From Lytechinus pictus (Eukaryota), in NCBI RefSeq assembly GCF_037042905.1, contig NC_087247.1:75454001-75518000 (forward strand): a DNA stretch of 64,000 nucleotides, read 5' to 3'. The position numbers and the translations under genes were made by a program. The notes beneath the pieces were generated by a model. That model did not search any database, had not been told where the DNA came from, and was given only the letters and a program-made list of their open reading frames with translations. Shown piece by piece: positions 1-12,600 of the stretch (the stretch's first letter is position 1; every line of letters begins with the position of its first letter).

Positions 1-431
1 TAACTCATAACATAGTGATGAATGTATGTTTGATTTTCAGGGATTGCACAATGTCATCGATGCAATCAATCATTAAAATTTGTTCTAAGATCATTGCTAA
101 GCTTTTTGTATCAGGGCCCTAGTATCTCAAATATATCAAATGTAAAAAAATTAAGCCACTTCACAAAGTCACCAGAACATTTCACTGTTTTTAGGAGACA
201 TGGTTTATCACACCGGCAATCTTTGACCCTCATCCACAAATTGTGTAAATGAGATGCATGCCTGTATACATATGTAAGAAGTTGATCCTTAAAACTGCTT
301 TACATGATAGCTTGATAAGTAGAATGATACATAGACAACTAAAAGAAATAACAATGGTACTGAATTCACAGTATTGTCCTCCCCAGATCTTTTATGAGCA
401 ATACAATACAGACCATGTAATGAACACTCAC

Positions 432-656
432 CGGTCTCTTCCATAGGTCAGTTGGGAGATTACCTTCATCCCTTGCTCTCTCGGCAACAACGAGGGCATG
501 CTCCTTGGCAATCTTACGCTGGAGCTCATGGATCATATGATGTTCCAGATTATCAAGGAGCTTGACTAGTTGTTTAGCCCTAAGCTCCATCTCTGAGGCT
601 CCTTTAGGAGCAACGATAGGCTCTGAGTCCATTACCATACCCTCATATAGATCTCC
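432..656 (-). CDS. CCDC162: coding exon 36 (GDLYEGMVMDSEPIV...LPTDLWKRP)
   Basis: Canonical sites, GTGAGT donor; gene continues off-window. Confidence 0.9.
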
Positions 657-3600
657 CTGTCAGAAATAGAAAATCATTGTAAACTCATATCTGCCCCATG
701 TATAGAATTACAAAATTTGATGTATTAGAATTCATAATTAATCAAATTTAAACATCACTGTTTTTATTATCAAAGAATAAGACGTAATAGACCTTCAACC
801 TGCTATTCACATTATATGTTCCAAGAGGAAATGTACCATTACATAATAATCACAATATAAGCTTTACTTAAAATCAAAGACCTACACTTTTCATTGAAAA
901 AATCATAAAAATATGAAATCAAAACTATGATTTTTCATTGAATAAATAGACAATAGATAACCTTTTATAAAATACACAATCAATAAAACAAAGTAAGAAA
1001 CCTATCACTGGAAATAAAATATCTAAATTACCTGTCCATATCTCCTGGCTATACTCTTCACCACGGGATAGAGGATCTCAATCTTGTAGGTTTGACTGAA
1101 TGAACATGGAAAGATATATTATGATTTACTAGATTATCATAAGAAAATCAGAAAATGGCATACATAACAATGGAACCAAGATCAAAGGGGGAGACAGAAA
1201 GATGGTGTGGGGCTGAAAAGTCAGACAATGAGAAGAGAGAAAGAGAGACAGAGAAAGTGAGACAAACAGACAGATAGAAAGAAAGACAAAGAGATAGTAA
1301 AACGATCCAGGAAACAGCTAGGTAAAAAAAAATCATTTAGCTCAACACTTCATGGAATACAAATTAAATTTAACATGCAACAAAATTGGCTGTATGACTG
1401 GGGAAAAAACACAGATTAATTTCTTACCAAAACTTTCTATATAGGGCTGGAGTATTGACCTCTTCAATGGAAATCTTACGTTGACCCCATTCAACCTTGA
1501 AGACCTCTAGGCGTTTCCATAGTAACAAGAAATCTTTGAGTAAGGAGTAAGCCTTGACAGGCTCCTTTGTTCTGGAGAGTGCTTTTCCGGTAGTTGAAAC
1601 AACTGAGTAAAACAAATTATAGTATGGGATTTAATCAATTCCTTATTGACAAAAGACTTAAATACCATGAATTCGGCAGTATATTGGAGGGTTTTTATCT
1701 TTCCATTGATTGATTAAGTTGACAGATAAGGGTTGGTCTTTTTTTAATATATTGATAAGATTGATAGTCCTTTGTTTTGAGCTCAATATAAACTCTAATT
1801 GCCTCAGTTATGTGGATATGTATCCTGTACATTTGAATGGGAGACAGCTTTCACATAGCCTAGCAATGCAAAGTGCCCGGAATAGCATCATGCGTATCAC
1901 ATACACATACCTTCAGACACTTTTTATATGAGCCAAAATCTAGTTAATCTAAAATTTATTTATTTATTAGAATATCTTTATACAGGATAACATGTTCAGA
2001 TAATACACACTGTTTTTCAACACAGTCATGTTGACATAAAAATTTAAAAAACAAACAGAAATGCAAAAAATAACTTAAATTCAGATAAAATAATTAAAGG
2101 AAAAAAAAAATTGAGTGATATACATATAATTAACGAACATTACAGACGTGAAAGTACATTGTTGATGCTGGAATTTAAATTGCTTTCACTGTTTATTGCA
2201 AATTTCCATTCTTACATAAATGTTGCAAAGCAAATGGTTATGATATGATATTTACAAGGTCAATAGAAATGTAGTAAGCTGCAAGATTTCTGTAAACATC
2301 AAGGATATTCCTTTGAATTCACAATATTATTTGCTTCCTCCTATCTTTCAAAATCATCCCACATTTAGTCAATGAACTTTAAATAGACATTTTACAAACT
2401 ACTGTTCTGACATATGAAATGAGCTTGCCTTTAGACAGTCATCAAATAGCCTTGTTTTTTTATATTTATTACAGAATAAGTATGGAAAAAAAACCCTGGT
2501 AATCTATCAAAGTTCATGAAAGCACCTTGCTTAGACTCCTTAATTACAGATCCACTTCTAGCACTAGCTGGTCTAGAATGAGATGATGATCTGGTACTAG
2601 CAGCACTTCTTGGTCTAGATGGAGTCTTACTGGATTGTATTGCTATATCTTCACCATCACTATCATCAGGTGACATGACAATATCCTGTTGGCCGCTCAG
2701 TAGAACATCTTCCATCAGCAGTGATACACCTAATATCTCTCCATTCGCAACATGTCTGCGAAAAAAAGAAGAAAAAAATGAATAATAATGATAGATACTT
2801 TATGAGATTTAATTCATTCATGATATATGATTATCTGTATAGCTTGATGATCAAATATGCTTCAAATTCCTACGCCTAAGTCATTCGTTTTGGCCCCCAT
2901 GAGCTTGTCATTCCCTAGCTGCACGACAGAAAGAGTGTGACATTTCAATCATCATTGTCGATTCTAAGCTGTGAAACAAGGTACCGACCTTCCTGAAGAC
3001 TGCCAATCTCAGGACAAAAAGCTTGTGAAGGTCCATTTAGTTTCTTAATAAAATGTTGCTGTTTATTGTTCAACTGGTATCTTTGGAAATGTTATGACTG
3101 TTGAGTGGCAATCATATATCTAGTGTAGTAGATTGTGAAGCAATGTGTAATGTGCAATGTGTAACAAGGAAAAGGTGCTATACCATATACTCACAAAGAT
3201 TTGATTGGATTGCAATCGTCACAATCTGATTCTTACGCTTTTCTTGATTCTGGATCATAGAATTCGATGGAATTCATTTCAGATACTTGACAGAAGTATC
3301 ATATTTGCAATTCTCAAAATGGCAATTGTTTGCCAAATGCATTTGAGAAACAAAACTCTTTCATAATTCTTTTTAATAGAGCATTCACCTTTCAGTGCTG
3401 TTGGTATTCTACTAATATAGTACATACCTATCTACATCCTTGAGTCCTGATAGACATAGCTGCATGTTGTTTTCAATCTGTTGCCATTGCCAGAATCTAA
3501 GATTAAATGGCCCTCGCCTGTTAAATTAACAAATATTAAGAACATGGGGTTAATGCTATAAAATCCTCAGTACCAGTCTACAAAAGAAAATGAAATGGTA

Positions 3601-6600
3601 ATTCATGTTGAGCTGTTACTGAATCCACAGAAAATTACACTTTCATAAGAGTAAGAGTAATACAAAATATCATTAAGGATGTTGCACAAGATCCAAGAAA
3701 ACACTAAAGTCTTTTAGTTTATTGTGAACAAAAGTTAAAACTTTTCTTATTTTCTTAAGATATCAGAAAATTGTTTCAAATAGAAATGTGACATACCTTC
3801 CTAAGAATGTTCTATAAGGAAATAACTCCTGTGCCTTGCTATCTCTTGGCTGCAATGGTTCTGGGACACACATGTAAGTGTTGTAGAGTGTTGGTCTCTG
3901 AACATTGCTTAGAGCAGGGAGAGCTGATGACATGTTCATGGTCACACTGCGGTATCCACCTACATTCTTTGTTGATAACAGGGTATCTCGAAGGGTGTAA
4001 CGGATGGAGGAATCAAACTCAAGGAAGAGAATATCACGTCTTAGACTCAAAAAATCTGCAATCTGGATAGAGTAAAAATATAATGGGTGTTACAAAAGTC
4101 CAAGACAATGAAAACCAATGAAGTCTACATTAACTGCATATTTTCAAGTTAGAAGACATAAAAATCTGGATTGTTAGTGAAACAATTTAGACAGTATTCA
4201 TAGCATACATCAGACAATTTATTTGAAAATTCAGGTGTCCTATAAAACATGGATGTCTTAGAACTTATAAACAGTTTTCTGTCAATGCAATTTTACAACA
4301 TGATGAGCATGAAAATTTTTTCCTTTTTCAACTATAAAACAGGCTCCAGGATCAGAGACATCTAAGTCTTCTTGCAATAGTTAAACTCTTCTTTAACTTT
4401 GGACTTGTATCTTGGAACTAAGATACTATTACTTCCAATATCACTATAGCTACATGTACCGGTGAGCTAAAAAAATATAACCCACAATCCCCAACATTTT
4501 ATCTTAGCATGATATTTCTGACCATACAAAGATCAGTTGAGATTAAATATCTGAAAAGGATTATATTTGTTTTAATTTCCTGCATGAACCGTATTACATC
4601 AGTTGGCTGCTAAAACCTCTTGTCTCAAAATCTAAAAATGTTAGGACAGCTTTAAATAATCCACTTTAGAGTTAAAATACAAGTAGTTACTGTCTTTTGC
4701 TCAGTAAGGAGTTCTCTATGGGCAAAAAGCCAGGAAAACATTGCTCTATATAACATCACTCTCAACATAACATAATTGTAGAACATCCCCTCAACTGCTC
4801 TGATCACCGTCCTGTTCTTGTCACTGTAACCCTTCCTGCATCCAAGTCTACACTTCTTCTTTAGCACATGCATGAGACAAGGCTTGGCCCCCCTACAGCA
4901 ATTAAGAGGTACTACATCTTGTGGCCAAGTGACTGCAGTGAAATTGCTTCACTTTAAACCAATCCACAAGAACTGGAAGCAGCCAATAGCTTCCGAAACC
5001 TCCACTCCCTCTTACTGGACAAAACCTCTGTGGATCTGCTCTTTGTTTATCTTCAAGATCGGATGCTAGAGCTTTCCTTGAGACCTCCTCATAAACCCCA
5101 TACAGAAAGGATATAAGGCAAACCTGACTGGACTCAGGAGGTCAGTTCTGCATACTCCCTTTCCTGAGCCAATTAAAGGAAGTGGAAGCAAGCTGCTAAA
5201 CCAGAAGAGTTCCCTAAGATGATCTGAAGCCTCAATCAGACTAAACGTGCAAAGAAAGACAGAGTCAGCCAATGATATGAATAACTTCTTGTTTTACAGT
5301 CTTGTAAAATCAAACAAAGCTGGCAGAACCCCAACACTGGACCTTTCATTTCTGGTATACAAGGAGACTCTGTACCAGGGTAAGGATGCTATCAAGGGCT
5401 GGAAATTTTTATTTCCAAGACCTCTTTTCCCAGATCCTACTGCTGTCTGCTGCAAGGAAAGACAGAGTCAGCAAATGATATTAATAGCTTCTTGATTTAC
5501 AGTCTTGTAAAATCAAACAAAGCTGGCAGAACCCCAACACTGGACCTTCCATTTCTGGTATACAAGGAGACTCTGTACCAGGGTAAGGATGTTATCAAGG
5601 GCTGGATATTTTTATTTCCAAGACCTCTTTTCCCAGATCCTACTGCTGCCAGCTGTGAAGAGGTGGCTCCGATCATCCCAGCCAAACACTTGACTGAGCA
5701 ACCCGCTAATCTACTCCCCAGTCACTTTTTAGGCACTGTGAAAGACTCTCACTCTCACCTCACATGATGTTGATGAAGCCACCAGGAAACTCAAGCTACA
5801 AAAAGCTCAAGGCCTTGACAACATAACCTCTGAGCATTTGAGCATTCAAGTCCAGTCCTTTGTCGCCTACATCTCCTACTCTTCCAAAACTCCATCAGAC
5901 TTGGACATCTTCCAGCTTCACTGAAAAAAGCAGCCATTATTCCTGTGCATTCAGGAAGGAGCATACCTGTTAGCAATCCCTCTAGCTACAGAGGAATCTC
6001 GCTTACCCCTACTCTGTCAAAACTCTTGGAAATGCCTTGAAACCTAAGATTGAGGACTCTCTGGTCATAGCCAGCACTCCAAATGAGCTTCAATTTGGAT
6101 TCCAAGCTACAAAGTCCTGTATATTCATTTCAAAGACCCTTTAGATACTTATCAAGCTGAATACAACTCAGAAGAAGCCAACATATAAGTGCTGCAAGTC
6201 AGGCCGCATGTTCGGGTTCGGTTCGGCAGAGTTCTGGAATTTTTTTCCATACTTTGGTTCAGTTCATGGTTTGGCAATGTATGACTATATAAATTACAAA
6301 AAACATTTGGAAAAAAAGATTTGCTAGCCCTGAACCATGTAATATTCGTCATAACCAACTTATGTCCCATACTTGAAACAAATTTTGTTTTTAAAAAGAA
6401 TGGTTATAAAAACTGTTGCATAATTTTTTTTTTTCATTTAAGAAAAGTAGTAAAAAGTCCTATTTTCATTTCAAATTATATAAAATTACCAAAGGAAAAA
6501 AAATGAAAATGGAAGAATGAGGATAGACACAGAATTTCAATGAACAGAATATTATCTTTATCGATGGGTTGATTAAGCTGCTGAGGGATGAAGATCTAGG

Positions 6601-9600
6601 ATCCCACTGTCATAACATGTATGCAGGGGTTAATGATCTCGCTTACAATGTGGCCCTCATAGCTTCCATAGCCGAAGAACTTCAATCCATGCTGAACCTC
6701 ACCTATTCACCCATACTTATGCAACTAAATGGAAGTACAAAATCAACCCATCAAAGAGTGCAATCCTCGTTTTCAAATGACAAGGCCACGTCAAGTACAT
6801 CTGGTTCCTGGATGATGTAGAAGTTAAAGAAATTGGTCAGCATCCCCACCTTGGAGTTACCAAGTCCTCTACTGCTATAGATCCTGCACGGAACATCATT
6901 GCCAAGTGATACAATACCATATTTGCCATGTTAGGTGGCTCGGGTTCAAGGAACAACCTCTGGTTTCCAACTATTGCTAAGTCCACCTATTACATCCCTA
7001 CGATGCTCTATGGAATTGCAGCTTTTAGAGTCACCTAGAGGTCCTGGCCCTCCTCTTCAAGAAGCTCCTTGGTCTTCCAAAAAGTACAGCAAATGAGGTG
7101 GTCTTCCTCCTGATGGGAATTATCCCTCTATCTCTGCAGGTGGACCTTAATACCTTGCTGACCCTCGGGCAACTGTGTACCTACTGACAGATTCGAGCAC
7201 AGGATAATCCTGAATGCACTCGCTGCAGATATCCCCTTCATATCCTTGCTAATCACCAAATACAGCTTGCCCTCTATCGTCTCGGACCCCCTTGAGCATC
7301 AGCTACCCCTCCAGGAAAAGACTATGCCGCCAGCGATCTTCAGGAACTGACCTAGCTGATGCCATCCAGGAAAAGCACACTTGCAATTTGGAAGCTTTGT
7401 TCAGTTCTCCCATGCCCTAGCACTGTCTCCCCCTGCACTACTTTCACACCTCTGTATTGCCAAAAAACTCCGCTCCAATCCTGACCGGCACCTACCCAAC
7501 ACAAAACAATAGGCAAGTCTCCCAGAGCCACCTGTAGACTTTGTTTCAGACAATGAAAGCTCCATCCACTTTCTTGCATCTTGTCCAATCCTCGACTCCC
7601 AATGACCAGTACTCATTCAGCATGTTTTGTCCCTGAGCCCCCTACATCATTTACCCAAGCTTTCACCACTCCTGATCCCCACATCCTTGCCACTAGTATC
7701 CTTTTACTCTCCTCGCACCGATCTGCTACTCTTGCTGCTGACGTAACGACCCACTGCCTCTTAAAAATTCACCATATTCGTTGAGAGAAACTCCAAGTCA
7801 ACCAACTTGCGGATAATCACTGATCCTCGAATGTTGCAGAAAATCAACTTGAGATTAGATAAGGTTGTCAGCATTGCAATACAGCTCTGTCTCTCCTCAT
7901 TTTTTTTCTTCAAATTTTGAGATACAAGTTTTAACAGTTCACCAATGGTACGTCTTTGACTTAATGTTGCCATAAGGAGAAAATATTTTACATTCTCATG
8001 CTAATACCAACATTTTTAGGATCATCAGGACATTGTTGTTGATTTCTGAACCTCTCTGAGTTCAAAACAGATTCCAGACCAATCTAAGTCCACTTCCTTA
8101 ACCCTATCTAGGCCGGGGGGGGTGGGCCTCCGAGGCCCCCCTCAACGAGTCGCGCAATATTTCCGCCGCGCAAAATTTTTTGAACGCGCTACTCGCTGAC
8201 TTTTTACTTTCAAGTCTTGCGCAACTTTTGAGACCAATTTCGCGTCGCCCGGGTACGCGGTTCTGAAATTACGCAACGTTATGTAAGTGCATGTCAGACC
8301 AAAAATTGCTCAAAAACGTGATTTTGTGTACAAAGTCAATGTAAATTGTGTTTTCAACCAAATACCATAAATGTATTATTATTTTTAGTTTTGCTGGTCT
8401 AAATGTATGTATTTTATGCTGTTTATGATCTTAGAAGAGTCCCCAACAAATTTCATTGAAAAAACAATGAAAAACAAAGGGTAAAAAAAAACAAAGAAAT
8501 ACATAAGAAATTGCAAAAAACAATATAATACATAAGAAATTGATCTGATATCACAATTTTGTTCAAGTAAACTTGCTAAGAGCACCAGAAAGAGTTTCTA
8601 TGCCAAAAATTAGAACATTTGGAGCTTTATTTAGGGAGTTAAAGGATAAAGTATGATTTTGCATACTCATTATGCATAAATTAACATAATTACTTAATAA
8701 CAATTCGCATGAAATAAATTACTATACAATTTTGTAGATTATATCCCAGACAACCTGCGTGCCAAGGGGGGGCCTGGGAGGCCCCCCCCCCCCCCCCGGC
8801 CATATGAACTCCCAAAATACCCCGGCCTAGATAGGGTTAAAATACTAACCTGTTCAGGATCATTAGGATCCTCCATATTGTTGATTTGTTTCTGAATCTC
8901 TCTGAGTTCAGAACAGATTCCTTCTGTTCCACCCCAGTCTGCTGTAATATCCTTCTTTTGAGAACCAAGTCTGATTTAAAAACAAACAAAAATACATCAT
9001 AAAATGGTTATTAGGATCTATACATGAAGTAAATTTTCTTAAGCCCCTTTAAACCAGATGACCATAAAAAAACTTATTAATGGATGAAATACCCATGGGG
9101 CAGAGGCAATATCTATTCATTTTTATTGAGTTTGAACATTTTCCTAATTCAACAACTGTACAAAATTAAATTTGATTTCATATCTCCACAAAAGCTAAAG
9201 ATATAATTTTTATAACAAATATAATTTACAATTTATAGGTAAAAAAGAGAAAATTAGAAATGACCTAGTTGTCCTAGCATGTCTATTCTAACAATTTACA
9301 ATTGATTAGAGTCGGACTTTGTATGAAACACAAAAATATAGCAACTTAGTCAGCTTCATGTCAGGTGAAAGTATGATATTTGTGTTTAATAATGTGATAA
9401 TGAAAATATCTAAAATTAAACAATATAACACCAGGTGAATCTACCTTGCATGTGAGCTACCCAGCTTGGAGTGTGCACAAAGGTACTGTAGGATGTCATG
9501 GAGTGCTGATATAATCCTTAATGAGACAGAGAGTGCCCTCACACATGTATCTTCATCCAGTGTCTTGAACATGACTAGAGACTCAGTATGATGTGGTAGA

Positions 9601-12600
9601 AACCACATGTTAAGGAGTGTGGTACCATCAGGAGAGAGTAAACGTCTTGGACGTTTCTTCAATTCCCTGTAATCATAAATAAACAATTTCATTTCATTAT
9701 CTGTTGCCCTGATGAGTTATTTTATTTCGCTATATCTATACACAAATTATTTTTTTTTCATATGGATAAAGCTGTCCCCTTTTGAGGTTTCAAAATAAAC
9801 AGAGGACAATTACATTATGGTGCATACAACATCTATGCCAAGATTTCATTGTTGAAAAAAAAAACCCAAACCCTCCCCCCCCCAAAAAAAAAAAAAAAAC
9901 CCACAGGGATTACATGCAGATAAAGTTGTCAATTAAAATTACTAAGTCCATCAGTATGACATAGGAGCTTCATACATGCTTCTGATTGGTTGAATATCTG
10001 AAACAATTTTTATCTTTGAGTTATGTTCAATACACACAACATTATCTGCAAATGACCCCAGGTGAAAGTAGTACAATAAGGAAGGGCTATAGGCAATCCC
10101 AAACAGAACAAACAATTAAAATTGATAATAAAATTATTTCTAACCTTGGATTTGTTTCTAATCCTTTTACATCGTCTTCAGGACCTTTCTTCTCATTCTG
10201 TAGACCACAAACAAAGTGAGTTTTCTTGACCATATCAAACTCATCTAATAGGTTCATCATACTATTAATGTAGGAGATAATTTGACCTCTTAAAGAATAC
10301 TGGGATACACGCCTCATGAAACGATGACAGAACTTCACTATCAGTTCCCTAAAGGAATGAAGAAAAATAATGAGCTTAAAAATAATTCATGTTAAATTTT
10401 GATGAACTTATCAGGAAAAGATTGATTGAATATCATAAACAATAAAAATTCAAATATCACTGCAAGACTCAACACTAGACTTGGGTCAAATAATTAAAAA
10501 ATAAAAATGTTAAAATTTACTTGGCCGATTGGGTAAGTAGAATTATGACTGTCAAATGTTTGAAATTATCTTACCAGGATTGAACAAAATATGCAATTTC
10601 CATTTAGAATTATGCAAAAACAGCATCAAAGTTCACTCGCAAATTGAATGTGATCTGTCAGGAATGTGACAGAAAAGCTACATACTGCACTTTGTGGAGC
10701 TAGCTCATGCAATTACACAGGTACATCTTTTCCTATGCGCAGTCCTGTCCCAATGGCTCGCTCTGCCTGTGTGAGCGGGTGATCGTACAATTGGCAGAAA
10801 ACACAGACCAGGGGGCCTGTTTACATGTTTTATAAAGCTCTTCGTAGGTTTCACATAACTTTACAAAAGACTGGAACATGTTCTTGGGTGCTACACTAAT
10901 CCCATTCTTACTTAATCATTTAGCACAGACTAAAACTGATCATCAGTCATTTGTAGTGCAACACTAAACCCATCCTTACTTAAAGGGATGCTCCAGGCTG
11001 AAGATATTAATATCTCAATAAATAGAGTAAAATTCACTAAGCAAAATGCTGACAATTTGATCAAAATCGGATAACAAATAACAAAGTTATTGAATTTTAA
11101 AGATTTGCATTATTCCATTCAAACAGTTCTAGGCATGTCTTCAAGAACATTATAATAATAATAATATAAGTATATTTACCCAGGGAAGCCACTTAAGTTC
11201 TGAAAACTGTTCTCCCAGCGGGCCCTGCTATTAGTATTACCCCAGCTTTAGCTGGGCTGCCTAGGCGCTCAAGCAGTCAAGGAATTTCTTTCTAATGGGT
11301 ACCCATTCACCTCACCTGGGTTGAGTGCAGCACAATGTGGATAAAATTCTTGCTGAAGGAAATTACGCCATGGCTGGGATTCGAACCCATGACCCTCTGT
11401 TTCAAAGTCAGAATACTAATCCACTGGGCCACAATGCTCGACTAATTCATTAGGCGGCTGATGATGTCATATCCCCAATTGTTCTTTTGTATTTTATTGT
11501 ACGAAATTAGGTTCATTCAAAATTTTTCTACCAAGAACTAAACCAATTAGATTGACAACTGATTAATTGCCTTAGTTATTTATTGCTGCAACTTATTTCA
11601 TCATAAAGGAGACACATCATTTACACATTTATGAAAAAATGAAACATTTATGATTTCATGCAATAAATTATAAGGGAAAGTGGGGATATCACATCATCAG
11701 CCCACCTAATGAATATTCACGATGACATGCCTAGAACTACTTAACCGGAATAACACAAATCTTTAAAATTCAATAACTTTGTTATTTGTTATCCGATTTT
11801 GATGAAATTTTCTGCATTTTGCTCTGTGAATTTTACTATATCTATTTAGATATAAATATCTTCAGCCCAGACCACCCCTTGAATCATTTAGGACTACAGC
11901 TGATCACCAGTCATTTGTAATGCTACACTAATCTCATTCTTACTTAATCATTAAGCACTAGAACTGATCACCAGTCATTTGTAGTGCTACACTTATCCCA
12001 TTCTTAATCATTAAGCACTAGAACTGATCACCAGTCATTTGTAGTGCTACACTTATCCCATTCTTAATCATGAAGCACTAGAACTGATCACCAGTCATTT
12101 GTAGTGCTACACTTATCCCATTCTTAATCATTAAGCGCTAGAACTGATCACCAGTCATTTGTAGTGCTACACTTATCCCATTCTTAATCATTTAGCACTA
12201 GAACTGATCACCAGTCATTTGTAGTGCTACACTTATCCCATTCTTAATCATTTAGCACTAGAACTGATCACCAGTCATTTGTAGTGCTACACTTATCCCA
12301 TTCTTAATCATTAAGCGCTAGAACTGATCACCAGTCATTTGTAATGCTACACTTATCCCATTCTTAATCATTTAGCACTAGAACTGATCACCAGTCATTT
12401 GTAGTGCTACACTTATCCCATTCTTAATCATTTAGCACTAGAACTGATCACCAGTCATTTGTAGTGCTACACTTATCCCATTCTTAATCATTAAGCGCTA
12501 GAACTGATCACCAGTCATTTGTAGTGCTACACTTATCCCATTCTTAATCATTTAGCACTAGAACTGATCACCAGTCATTTGTAGTGCTACACTTATCCCA

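Noticed and set aside
11365-11440. Functional tRNA gene (TTG anticodon-like loop), also at about 33700-33774
   Set aside because: The acceptor stem does not pair, and it continues into a shared SINE body and tail.
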